The position numbers and the translations under genes are program-made. The notes below the pieces were generated by a model. That model had not been told where the DNA came from, did not search any database, and saw only the letters and a program-made list of their open reading frames with translations. From positions 240,001-272,000 of the forward strand of contig NZ_CP013213.1 of the NCBI RefSeq assembly GCF_001545095.1: DNA of 32,000 bases. Reading direction: 5' to 3'. The DNA is from Erysipelothrix larvae (lineage in GTDB: Bacteria; Bacillota_I; Bacilli_A; Erysipelotrichales; Erysipelotrichaceae). Positions 1 through 9,906 of the stretch are shown one piece after another (the first letter of the stretch is position 1; each line of letters starts with the position of its first letter).

Positions 1-141
1 AAACCGAAGTCCAAAAGGTAAACGTAAACCCAAGACAGTAAATCAAGAGGTTATGAATGATTAAAGATGATGATGCAACTTATCGTATCGTTCAATCTGA
101 TGTTTGAAAAGGACACCCGAAAGTGTCCTCCAAACTTCTTT

Positions 142-167
142 GGGGTAATCATTACCCCATTATTTTT
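142..167 (+). terminator. Rho-independent terminator-like hairpin, probably ending a plus-strand gene that lies left of the window
   Basis: GGGGTAA-tca-TTACCCC stem-loop at 142-158 followed by a T-rich tail. A second hairpin, GGACAC-ccgaaa-GTGTCC, lies at 111-128. Confidence 0.5.
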
Positions 168-336
168 ATAGCTGTAACTAGGTCTTATCCTAAGTTATTT
201 TGTACCGCCCAAACAATGAAGCACAGAGATCATGCTTAATCCTGTGGTTATGTTTAAAAATTATCGAGACATTTTCAAATTCGCTTGATATGGGATTTAT
301 ATTTTTTCGAGAATTCTTATTTATAGATTGAGCAGT

Positions 337-765
337 TCATAAGTCTACATTTTTCCCATCTTCTATATTCACTATCTTTCGGCACTCGTTTGCAACATTG
401 ATGTCATGCGTTACTATTATTGAAGTCATTCCTTGTTGATTTAATGACTTAATCACCCCGATAATCTCTAAAGAAGTCTTTGAGTCCAATGCTCCAGTAG
501 GCTCATCAGCCAAAAGAACTGATGGTTTAGTTACAATTGCCCTTGCTATCGCAACCCGCTGTTTTTGTCCCCCTGAAAGATTTTCTACCTTCTTGTTTGC
601 TAATTGTTCAATATATAATGATTTCAAAGCTTTTAAAGCTTCTTGTTTCACATCAAATATCAATTGTAATAAACCTAGTGATGGCGTTACGAATGTTTCT
701 GTTGTGAGAATGGAAAAAAGAACCTCTCGCGATGAGTGGTTCTTCCCTGTATGCTCAACTTCCAC
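337..765 (-). pseudogene. N-terminally truncated ABC transporter ATP-binding domain lacking Walker A
   Basis: The 142-aa ORF has the ABC signature LSGGQKQR, Walker B LLADEPT, H-loop VTHD and a Q-loop-like FSILTTE, but no P-loop. Roughly the first third of a normal ABC domain is missing. Its GTG start overlaps the TAG stop of the upstream ATPase by 1 nt. Confidence 0.7.
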
Positions 766-1457
766 TACCTTGTTACACCCTGTTCAGGTTTAATAGTTCC
801 ATCGAGCATCTCAATAATCCGATCACACTGGTTTGCGAGCTCAACATTATGCGTGACCATTAGAACAGAAATACCTTCGTTCACAAGTCCTTTAAGAAGA
901 CTGAAAATATCTTTTGAAGTTTCAGAGTCTAAGGATCCAGTGGGTTCGTCAGCAATCACAACCCTAGGTTCATTTATGATTGCTCTTATGAGCGCAACTC
1001 TTTGTCGTTGACCTCCTGATAAATTTTTAACTTTTTTGTCGATAATACTTTCTAAACTTAATTGGCTCAGATACTTTTCCACTCGAGTTCTCTGTTCTTT
1101 TTTTCCAATCTTTTGCGCTGAGTACATGAGTGGAATTCGTATGTTATCAAATACTGAATCGTTTTCAATTAAAGAGAAATCTTGTGTTAAGTAACCAAAA
1201 AATGAATTTCTAAGTGTTGCTTTTTCTTTTTCGCTCAATTCAGTTGTATTCCGCCCATCAATTATGACAGTTCCACGAGTCGCATCCAAAATTAACCCAA
1301 GGATATTGACCAGTGTTGTTTTCCCGCAACCCGATGGTCCTATAATTGCAACGATTTCAGACGCTTCTATGGAAAAGTCTAGATCATCGAGTGCTACAAG
1401 TACACTTTCACCATCATTATATTCTTTTCGAATCTGTTTTGTTTCGACTATTTTCAT
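765..1457 (-). CDS. ABC transporter ATP-binding protein (MacB/FtsE-like ATPase)
   Basis: Full-length 230-aa ORF with Walker [10 protein letters not shown], signature LSGGQRQR, Walker B VIADEPT and H-loop VTHN. The ATGA overlap with the upstream permease gene indicates translational coupling. Confidence 0.92.
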   Translation of the reverse strand: MKIVETKQIRKEYNDGESVLVALDDLDFSIEASEIVAIIGPSGCGKTTLVNILGLILDATRGTVIIDGRNTTELSEKEKATLRNSFFGYLTQDFSLIENDSVFDNIRIPLMYSAQKIGKKEQRTRVEKYLSQLSLESIIDKKVKNLSGGQRQRVALIRAIINEPRVVIADEPTGSLDSETSKDIFSLLKGLVNEGISVLMVTHNVELANQCDRIIEMLDGTIKPEQGVTR

Positions 1458-2506
1458 TTGAAATCACTCCTTAATAGACTTGATATTTCTGAGTTGAACA
1501 GTGTTTTAATTAGTGGAACTGTGACTATAACTTGACCAATTGCTAATGCACCATAGAAATATGCTGGTGAAATACCGTCTGGCACAACACTCATAATTAC
1601 GGTCGTTAATAGAAGTGCAGGAATTAAATACATGAATAAGACAAGCAGTTCAATTCTAACGATAATTTGCGTGTTGGTTGCGCCATAGAGCATGCTAATT
1701 GAGTATTCTCTTAAATTTGTTCTAACAATGTCATTTAAAATCAAGGTTAGGTTTATCAATACAAAAACGAAGACGAGTGCAAAGAATATAAACAACACTA
1801 AGTCATTCATAAACGTTTGTACAAATGGTGACGATTCATTGACATAGTGTGGATAAATTGTCATTTTATCATTGTCTAAAAGTCCAATTGCTTGGACGAC
1901 GTGGTCTTCATCACTATCATATAGGTGCAAATTGTTTAGGATTTGCTGGTTTTCATCATATGTTAAGTTGCTTATTGAATGTGCATCACTGCTAACAATC
2001 ACAATCGAATTTTGAAGGTCTACACTTCCGTTTCTGCTATCAAAATACGCTTGTTCTTTAAATACATTATTTTCATTTATTTTATATTCACGCATCGTAG
2101 TCTCAAGTATATTTCTACTAATGTTTTTACCATAAAGAATCATATCTTCATCATTCCTTTGGTTTTCTCGACTCATGAAATCACCGAAGAAGTGAATTTT
2201 TATATATGCGTTCTCATGGGTTGAATACCACGAATACGCTTTATAACCTTCTAAAATAGAAATAAGCCCATCTGTCAATTGTTGTTCATCACCTAATTCG
2301 ATGACATTTGATTTGTTCTGAGTCCGTATCCCAATAATGTTGTTTTGTTTCACTGTATTAAGCAGTATTAGCGTCGAAAGTCCACTATGAAATTGATTGG
2401 TAACTAATATGAGACAGAACAATGATATCAGTAATTGAACAATGAAACTGAGTGCAAGTGATTTCACTTTCGCTAAATCCTTACCGACTAATTTGATCAT
2501 TTCCAT
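1454..2506 (-). CDS. FtsX-like ABC transporter permease (bacteriocin-associated type)
   Basis: 350 aa with an N-terminal TM helix, a ~200-aa extracytoplasmic domain and three C-terminal TM helices, which is the FtsX/MacB-type layout. GGAGGTGG Shine-Dalgarno upstream; overlaps both neighbours. Confidence 0.75.
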   Translation of the reverse strand: MEMIKLVGKDLAKVKSLALSFIVQLLISLFCLILVTNQFHSGLSTLILLNTVKQNNIIGIRTQNKSNVIELGDEQQLTDGLISILEGYKAYSWYSTHENAYIKIHFFGDFMSRENQRNDEDMILYGKNISRNILETTMREYKINENNVFKEQAYFDSRNGSVDLQNSIVIVSSDAHSISNLTYDENQQILNNLHLYDSDEDHVVQAIGLLDNDKMTIYPHYVNESSPFVQTFMNDLVLFIFFALVFVFVLINLTLILNDIVRTNLREYSISMLYGATNTQIIVRIELLVLFMYLIPALLLTTVIMSVVPDGISPAYFYGALAIGQVIVTVPLIKTLFNSEISSLLRSDFK

Positions 2507-3448
2507 GCTGTACCACCTCCAGATTTTGTGTTTAAATAAACAGAAACGGACGTTGTGATAAACAAGATGGTTAATGATATAAGTGTACTTATTAGACCAA
2601 TACCGGGTACTTTTTCTGTAATAAACAAAGGGTTCATGATTGGCATGAGAACCAATCCAGCGACCACCACAGAACCAAACTCGATCTTTAATAAAGATTT
2701 AAGGTACATCAACGTAATGGATCCCCTATGACCTCCATATAATCTATTGACTGCAATTCTTCTTCGATCCAAAATGAGATGATGCTTGATGAACATGTAA
2801 ACAATCATACTGATAATAAGATATGAAATAAGCATTATATTTATAGCTGGATTGTTAATTACAACATTAATGAAACTCCGATTGACGGGCATGCTTGATA
2901 CATCATAGATTTCTTGTGGAAAGACGTGTTCCCATTCTTCTGAACATTCTTTGCAGTCAGTTTCAAGATAATACAACCCTTCAACTGTGGTTCCAAATCC
3001 TTCATAGTTCGCAATATAATCAAAGTTTAGGCGCTCATTTTTCATGAATTCCCCCGTAAATTGACTCCGATCGAATCCATACTGTTCAATATTTCTTGAG
3101 AAAAAGGTATTGTTTGAAGTTAATAAAAAGTCAGCACTGCTTGACATAACGCCTTTGAAAACATCCTCGATTCCTCTATTGATTACCATAACCTCAATTC
3201 CATTTGAGTCGTTAGGAACATAAATTATGCTCGTTTTTGTTTGTTGGAACAACGTCTGTATTGCGTTTATTATCAACTCTATTGTCTAGATCAGTAGGAG
3301 CAAGAGATGTTACGTTAATTTTTTTTACATTCTCTCTCAATCCGAACCGATTTATGCGATTATAGTTATATGATACAGAAATATAGACAACTAAAATAAA
3401 CGTTGTTGCTGAATAAAGAAATGACAAGACAAAAGTCTTTATTTTCAT
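2497..3448 (-). pseudogene. FtsX-like permease split by a frameshift
   Basis: The 78-aa ORF (3212-3448) supplies the N-terminal TM helix and the start of the extracytoplasmic domain. The 259-aa ORF (2497-3276) supplies the rest of that domain plus three C-terminal TM helices but has no N-terminal TM. The frames change near 3285-3295, not in a homopolymer. Confidence 0.65.
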
Positions 3449-3529
3449 AAATATCTCCTTACATTATTAGGGTAGAATCTTTTCCATATTCTTTATATTA
3501 ATTGATTACCAACACATTAAAAACTAGAC

Positions 3530-3907
3530 CTATCGGGAATTGATTGATCTATATTCAAATCCATATCTAAACTGGGTTCGTGGAGCCCATGGGTTTAGGC
3601 TATCCCAATACCTGTAGGATCTTGAATAAATGCCTGATCCTCTATATGTATTATTATATAGTTTTCCTGTATCATGTGTTCCTACTGAACCTTCATAATA
3701 TCTTATCTATCCACGACTGTACTCTTTTTGAGAATTATATCGGTATCCTGGAGAAACTTGAACATAACCGTCATAGTAAAGTCCAATAGGAGAACTTTCT
3801 TTTGAAGATGCCCAATTGGGTCCAATATAAGCACTCACGTTTGTAGTAAACATGATTAGCAAAATCAGTGTAAAACTCATCCTATTTAATATTTTTCTTT
3901 TTTTCAT
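3530..3907 (-). pseudogene. Sec-dependent Tyr/Gly/Ser/Arg-rich small secreted protein (bacteriocin candidate) interrupted by an in-frame TAG at 3707-3709
   Basis: Signal peptide MKKRKILNRMSFTLILLIMFTTNVSA with a VSA cleavage motif; AGGGGG Shine-Dalgarno. After the TAG the same frame stays open for 58 more codons (IRYYEGSVGTHDTGKLYNNTYRGSGIYSRSYRYWDSLNPWAPRTQFRYGFEYRSINSR) with the same Tyr-rich composition. As written, the product is 66 aa (3707-3907). Confidence 0.6.
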
Positions 3908-4151
3908 AATACCCCCTGGTTATAATAAGAAATAGAAACCTACCTTTGATTACTATATTACCAATGCAACCAATTTTACACAATTTAAGCTTATTTATGA
4001 CCAAGTTTTTTTATGATCATCGATTTTATTGTACTTTAATAATTTTCAGTGGTCTCGTTTTGAAGAAAGGTTAATCAATTCTTTCGTAGGTATCAATTTT
4101 TTCTTTTAAAGTGAATTAAGTGTGTGAAGTAACGAGAAAAGTCAATGTTTA

Positions 4152-4182
4152 TTGAGAGAATGGCTCTATTTAGTGCTATAAT
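4152..4182 (+). promoter_or_regulatory. Candidate sigma-A promoter with extended -10
   Basis: TGCTATAAT at 4174-4182 and TTGAGA at 4152-4157, with a suboptimal 19-nt spacer. It faces a hairpin-rich untranslated stretch. Confidence 0.35.
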
Positions 4183-4399
4183 CCCGTCTTTGACACCTCA
4201 GAAGCTAAAAAATGGTCTTAGGCCCTTTAAATAAATGGTTTATGACCATTTCTCTTAGTGTGCCAGGCATAGTTCCTATCTAGCTGGTAAAAATCCAGCT
4301 ACAGGTGTTTGCCACTAAGAGTAACGAACCACAATCCAAAAAGCAATGATAATGGGTGAAGGAAGTAGTATAGTGAGTCTTTCGTTCCTACAACTAGAA

Positions 4400-5010
4400 A
4401 CTTGAATAAGGCTAAATTGGGGATGAATTTGTTCAATTGCCTGAAATTAAAGATATTCAAAATATATAAGGAGCAGTACGAGCACATGGTGTACGTAATA
4501 AAGCTTGTATACAATCTTTTGAACAACTTATTGATAAGTAAGAAAACGAAGTTGCACATATATCATCGAGGAAAAATTCAACCAACGTAATATATCTTGG
4601 TTCACAACCTAAAGATAATCGTAAGCGATTTAGTGAAATAGCAGGAACCCAATTGGTTTGGAGCAAATCTTGAAAAGACTCTATTGAAATTGATCGCGTA
4701 ACCCCTGAACGCTTAGGGAAATATGAAAAAAGAAGATCGCTGTAAACAACGATTGATTGGATCCCTTTGATTTTTAAATTAACACGAAGGGAAAAGTATA
4801 CCTATGCCCGAGAACCAATTTGGGCAGAAAAATCGAAAGAAAAGAAAAAGCCGATTTCTTCAATATCCATGAGGAATAAGAAATACGTGAAAACTCCGCT
4901 GTGACAAGAAGAAACGCACGCAACTTAACTGAAATAGTAAATGATGGCAATAGAAATACAGCTGAAGCAATTGAGAGAAGAAAAAAATAGGAACTGGGCA
5001 TATTAAACGT
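4400..5010 (+). pseudogene. Degenerate ORF of unknown family, probably mobile-element or plasmid derived
   Basis: One reading frame stays protein-like for ~200 codons (...YLGSQPKDNRKRFSEIAGTQLVWSKS*KDSIEIDRVTPERLGKYEKRRSL*TTIDWIPLIFKLTRREKYTYAREPIWAEK...) but is broken by several in-frame stops. I do not recognise a family. Confidence 0.25.
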
Positions 5011-5346
5011 CAGTATTATTATATGGAGCTCCAGGTATCAAAGTTTCTGTTCAGGTTAACAGGAAACTAGCTTTGGAGGTATCGGTTGGCGTGACTGCGA
5101 CAATTTATGCATTAGGTACAACTAGATTGTTTTATTGAGGGTCCGTTAGTGGAACATAATTAAATTTTGTGTGATAATACGGGTAAGAAGCAAGCTTATG
5201 TTAAGTTGCAGACACTTTGCTCATAAGTGAGATGCACCAATTTTACAAAGAATCAATGCAAACAATGGTCAAGTGCGAAAGTGGGTGCATTCTTGATTAC
5301 GAAAGAAAAAGGGATGAAAAGATCGGTATTTAATTTGGGGGTGAAT

Positions 5347-6507
5347 ATGAAAACATTTTGTAAAAAGCAAACAACATTTTTAATAATTAGTGTAGTATTT
5401 TTGGTACCATTCTATATAAGTGTCTATCAGTTTCTTTTAGGCAAAATGCTACCTGTAGATGGTAGCGCAGTTCATTTGTCGAAGTTTTTATTGTTTCTTT
5501 TTTCAACATTTGCATTATTCGGTCTTATTGAATATGTTTTTCTCTTGTTGAGATCTTTATTCAAAGTGTTTGTTTATTTTTGTTGGTTCAAAACTATCCA
5601 ATATTATGTAATATATCCGTTCATATTTGACGGGAATATAAAGTTTAGACCGTTAAGACTTTTAAATAGTAAAGAGACGCAAAGAGATGTGTTTTTACTC
5701 AATCTATTAAGAGAAATACCAGAGGGGTTTAAAGAGGAGAAAATGCAGAAGCGGTTTAAAACAGGAATACGCATTAATGAAGTATCATCAATATTTTCTA
5801 TGACTATCATCGCTTTGTTTCTTTATCCGAATTTTGGTTTCTTTGTTATTCCATTGTTCATTGGAAATGTCATACTCACGATTATGCAGGGATATGCTCT
5901 TTATGATTACAGGCTAGTAGGTCCAAAGCAGGTTGGTACATCACTAACGCTAGAAGAATACTTCTTGACAGGAAATCTGTCGCCAAGTTTAGGTGTAAAG
6001 AATTATCGTCATTATCTTGAGCGATATATTGAAACCCAAGAGACAAGCCACATTGAGATATTGTTAAGTGTCTTTGAAAATTATATGTTTCTCTATCTCT
6101 GCGAAGCAACTAGTGGTGAAGCACTGGGTTCAGATGACGTGAAAACGATCTATTCGAAAATTGTTAGTCCATCACTAAATGACTTGTATTCGATAAAAGG
6201 TATTACGAGACAATTAAGAAATCGTCAATTGTTAACATTAATAGGTTCAATTGGTAGAAAATATGATAAAACTGATTATATAGAATTGTACTTTCAGTTA
6301 AGCCAACAATATGTTTTAGATTTACATAATAATAGTAAAGTTCCGATTTCTGATGCCATCAGTGAGACATTTGTCTCTTTTGATAATTTTGTTAGGAAAG
6401 ACGGACACTTGACAACAACAAATCCGTATTTAGTTCCGCTCTTTGGTGCACTTTCTTATGAGATGAAAATCGAGAAAGAATTAATAGATTATTTGTTGCT
6501 GAGTTAG
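5347..6507 (+). CDS. Hypothetical polytopic membrane protein with a C-terminal soluble helical domain
   Basis: 386 aa counted from ATG 5347, preceded by GGGGGTG. Several N-terminal TM helices. No motif I can recognise. Confidence 0.6.
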   Translation: MKTFCKKQTTFLIISVVFLVPFYISVYQFLLGKMLPVDGSAVHLSKFLLFLFSTFALFGLIEYVFLLLRSLFKVFVYFCWFKTIQYYVIYPFIFDGNIKFRPLRLLNSKETQRDVFLLNLLREIPEGFKEEKMQKRFKTGIRINEVSSIFSMTIIALFLYPNFGFFVIPLFIGNVILTIMQGYALYDYRLVGPKQVGTSLTLEEYFLTGNLSPSLGVKNYRHYLERYIETQETSHIEILLSVFENYMFLYLCEATSGEALGSDDVKTIYSKIVSPSLNDLYSIKGITRQLRNRQLLTLIGSIGRKYDKTDYIELYFQLSQQYVLDLHNNSKVPISDAISETFVSFDNFVRKDGHLTTTNPYLVPLFGALSYEMKIEKELIDYLLLS

Positions 6508-6955
6508 GGGAATCAAAGTCACATAAATATGCTATTGTTACGATGTCAATGAGGTATGTGTACCATTTCAACTCTGGATCTAAAGATCCTTTTTTGTAAT
6601 TGAGAAAGGGAAGACATCGCTCCTTAACAAACGAATACAGGAACTTGATTTGCTGTGCTATAGTAAGCTGCAATAAGTTTCCGTTTGTGATTAACACCTA
6701 CAGATTGATATGATATATGCACAAGAGAAAACGCCCTGTTAGGGACGTCTTGTTCGTAGTGATTAGTTATACCCTACGTTTGAATCGTTTACTATACTAT
6801 ATGTAACACGTTATCTGAAATCATTCAGTTTCAAACCCAAGTTCACACGCCACTTTTCATTTAGAACCATGAAGTGAAAAGAAAAGAATTACTCTTCGAT
6901 GATGTTAGGGGCAAAGATATTTCCGAAGATAATATTAATAGAATAGGAGCAAGCT

Positions 6956-7690
6956 ATGACGAATACTGAGTATGGACATTTGCTTAGCAACTTTGAATAT
7001 CTTAAATTTATAGGGATTCAGAATCATACAGAAGAAACAATTGATTTTGTAAACAACTTCAGGTATACAGATGTCCAAGGCTTAATAAAAATGACAGACT
7101 ATGAGGAGTGGTATCGTGAAGCCAATATAATAAAGGCGACGGTGATAGTTGGAGGATTCCCACACTTTAAGGGATTGGATGACTTTGACTTTCAAGAAAA
7201 TATTAATAAAGATCAAATTATTGATTTCATAACGCATCGCTTTATCCACGAGAATCGGAACATTGCATTCATGGGTTCTAGTGGTGCAGGGAAAACGCAC
7301 TTAGCAGCGTCGAATGGTATTTTATTTGCCAAAAAGCAGGAATCGCATACTACATTAAATGTCACGCACTTATCACTCAATTGAAGAAAGCAAAGCTGGA
7401 AAACAGATTTGAAGCAGAATCAAACGTTTCGTGAAATACAAATGTCTATTCATCGACAAGATTGGTTACTTGCTCTTCAATGCAGCGAATTTATAGATGT
7501 TATTCCAACTGGTCGATAAGTATCACGCGTCAGAGTCAACAATCTTCACCACAAACATGAATTTCTCAAAATGGGAAGATGTATTTAGTAATCCGACAAT
7601 CGCTCATTCAACATTTGTCCGTGTTCTTCGCCACGCTCATGTGTCTATATCGCAGGAAAATCATGTAAGTTTTAGGATTATTATGATGAG
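6956..7690 (+). pseudogene. istB: IS21-family IstB helper ATPase remnant (frameshifts plus an in-frame TAG)
   Basis: Walker A GSSGAGKTHLA lies in the first frame. LITQLKKAKLENRFEAE, LFIDKIGY (degenerate Walker B) and MLFQLVDKYHASESTIFTTNMNFSKWEDVFSNPTIAHSTFVRVLRHAHV lie in other frames. There is a TAG at 7494-7496. No IstA transposase lies upstream. Confidence 0.8.
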
Positions 7691-7805
7691 AATGGAGGCG
7701 CAGATCAATTGCACATACTACATACTAATGTTGACAGGTATAGCTAAGTTAATCTTGTATGTTACCAAACTCCTTATCATAATTATACCTAAAGGGGGGC
7801 ATCGA

Positions 7806-8087
7806 ATGAAAAAAAGAATAATACTCAAGTTATCATTGGTCTTAATTTCAGTTTTGGTTATTTCAAGAACAGCAGAACTTATTGACTGTAATAGGCTTTC
7901 AAAAATGAAACCTCCATTACTTGCGATAAATACAAGGAATAATACGAATGTAGGATTGGGTTATACAATACAATTCGATCCCCTTTATCCCCACCAAATA
8001 ACAGGGGTGGTTCTATGGGGAGGGGATCAGAATAGAATCAGTGATCCATATTACGCATATTGTTTATGCTATTATAATTTTAAATAG
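7806..8087 (+). CDS. Small secreted or membrane-anchored hypothetical protein
   Basis: 93 aa from ATG 7806 with an AAAGGGGGG Shine-Dalgarno and an N-terminal hydrophobic signal/anchor (MKKRIILKLSLVLISVLVI). The ORF-track call 7497-8087 is a run-through from the IstB remnant. Confidence 0.45.
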   Translation: MKKRIILKLSLVLISVLVISRTAELIDCNRLSKMKPPLLAINTRNNTNVGLGYTIQFDPLYPHQITGVVLWGGDQNRISDPYYAYCLCYYNFK

Positions 8088-8711
8088 TCATAGTGCAAAG
8101 CTGTACGCAATTTAAAAATCACAATGATGTATTATGGTGCTTCGAAATACACAGCGTATATTTTCGTTGATATTTAATTTAATGCGTGATAAGGGCATGG
8201 CATAATTGTGAAACGATTGAAACTCTTTGGGTTTGAGGTGTATAAACTCTTCCGACTACAAAATGGGATTTTGATAGTACTAGTAGAAAATTTGAAGCAG
8301 TTAATATAATTGGTTTATATCTTGTTCTTATCGCAATCTAGGCATTTCAGGTTTATAAATTAAAACAGATAGGACGTGAAAAGAATGATAATTTTGTAGA
8401 ATTGTGCTCGGCGTGCTTTTTTAATTATTGATGAAATTTAGGGCTGGCCTTTTATTCTTATTAGAGAACCTATCGTTCAGATATTGGGTTCTTTTTATTT
8501 TGGGAAGGGCATTTGTTTGGATCGTGATGAAAAAACTGTTGCAAATTTTGATTAAATACATGTGAGTCTGTGACATTTTAAGTTGTTTCGACCATTTATT
8601 AGTGAACCAATCAACCGTTGATATTTGATGCATCGAAAGAATGATGATTAACATTGATGTAAGTTCACAGATAATAGCTTAAATGCGGATGGTGTAGAAA
8701 ATGAGGGTTTG

Positions 8712-9199
8712 ATGGAAAATCGGTTGAAGACACAAAATACCAGGGCTTATAAACTCATTGAGCGGTATAAAAGCACGGTCTATTGAATAGCACTGATACG
8801 TGTTGGAAATCGATATGATGCGGATGATATATTTCAAGTAGTATTCATGTCGTATTGTAAGAGACCGCGAATTTTTGTGAGTGAAGGTCATTGTAAAGGC
8901 TGGCTAATCAAGACAACATTGATTAGACGCCAAAACTGATTTGAAAGTAAACCGCGGAATGTTAGTGAGCTGACTGAGGAATATGATGTTAAGTGTTCTA
9001 CGCATGATGCCTATCAATTTGTTTTGGATGGGTTGTTGAAGCTTGATGATAAGTATCGAGCGGAGCTGTAACTATACTATTTTGAAGCATATTTGACGAA
9101 AGAAATTGACTCAATCTTAAATGTAAAAGAAGGTACAGTATGGATACAGATGAAATGTGGCAGGGAAAATTAAAAAAAATTGGAGGAATTGAGAGATGA
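8712..9199 (+). pseudogene. ECF-type sigma-70 family factor inactivated by three in-frame stops and a terminal frameshift
   Basis: Region-2-like AYKLIERYKSTVY*IALIRVGNRYDADDIFQVVFMSY and region-4-like LYYFEAYLTKEIDSILNVKEGTV. In-frame stops are TGA (8784), TGA (8937) and TAA (9069). There is a frame change in the A-run near 9165-9175. The original stop overlaps the next ATG (ATGA). Confidence 0.75.
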
Positions 9200-9903
9200 A
9201 TAAAAGAGAAATTGAGTTTTTGAAATCTTCATTTGAAACCAGTGATGCACTTGTGGAAAAAACGAAACAACGTGTACAAGTTGCTAAAAAGAAACAGCAA
9301 GTGGGTTTTGGGTTTGTGCTTGTGATGGTACTTGTTGTTGGTTTAGCTATTATTCAAAGTATGTTACCAAAAGGAGACGAAGTACAAGGTATTGTTGGAT
9401 TGCCCATCGAAGATTCATTTATTGTACCGGATGCTTGGCAAAAAGATGGATCGGTTTCACTGATGTTGGATTATCAAATCGAGGGGCTTGATGATTGGTT
9501 TAAACATGACATAGATGCAATTGTGATTGCGAAAGTAGTCGATATTGGAGAATCAAGATTAAGTGATGAGCTTATTAATGTTATTACGGATGTATCGGTA
9601 GAAGTGCTTGAAACAGTTGTAGGGAGTGTCGAAGGAACACTGACTGTACGCGAAATAGGGTTTAGTGCGTATACGGAAATGTCCCAGCATTCATGGTATG
9701 CAACACGGGAGGGTGGCGTTTATGTGCTTCCCCTTGCGAACGAAGAGGAAGGATGGCGGATTGAATATGATTTGTTTGTCCTCTTTGAAATTGATGAAAA
9801 TGGAAATACTGATTCACATTCCAATTATGAGCAATTTCGTAAATACAATGGAGCGCCTTACACAACATTAATTAATGATATTAAGGCATTTATGCATGAG
9901 TAG
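9196..9903 (+). CDS. Anti-sigma-factor-like single-pass membrane protein
   Basis: Intact 235 aa with a short cytoplasmic N-terminus, one TM helix (VGFGFVLVMVLVVGLAII) and an extracytoplasmic domain. It sits directly downstream of the sigma pseudogene and is translationally coupled to it. Confidence 0.55.
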   Translation: MNKREIEFLKSSFETSDALVEKTKQRVQVAKKKQQVGFGFVLVMVLVVGLAIIQSMLPKGDEVQGIVGLPIEDSFIVPDAWQKDGSVSLMLDYQIEGLDDWFKHDIDAIVIAKVVDIGESRLSDELINVITDVSVEVLETVVGSVEGTLTVREIGFSAYTEMSQHSWYATREGGVYVLPLANEEEGWRIEYDLFVLFEIDENGNTDSHSNYEQFRKYNGAPYTTLINDIKAFMHE

Positions 9904-9906
9904 TGG

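Noticed and set aside
593-1461. Plus-strand ORFs 593-793, 736-1011 and 1264-1461
   Set aside because: These are antisense shadows of the ABC ATPase genes, with no Shine-Dalgarno or motifs.
3707-3907. Calling the small secreted protein a lactococcin 972 family member
   Set aside because: Only the operon architecture matches. I cannot see the family's sequence motifs, so I kept it as an unclassified bacteriocin candidate.
6392-6697. 101-aa minus-strand ORF overlapping the 3' end of the 386-aa membrane protein gene
   Set aside because: It has no motif or Shine-Dalgarno, and it overlaps a better-supported gene. It could be IS debris, but I cannot support that.
8208-8660. Possible ABC-2-type permease remnant (VKRLKLFGFEVYKLFRLQNGILIVLVEN...)
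   Set aside because: Only a short N-terminal resemblance followed by stops, which is too weak to list as a feature.
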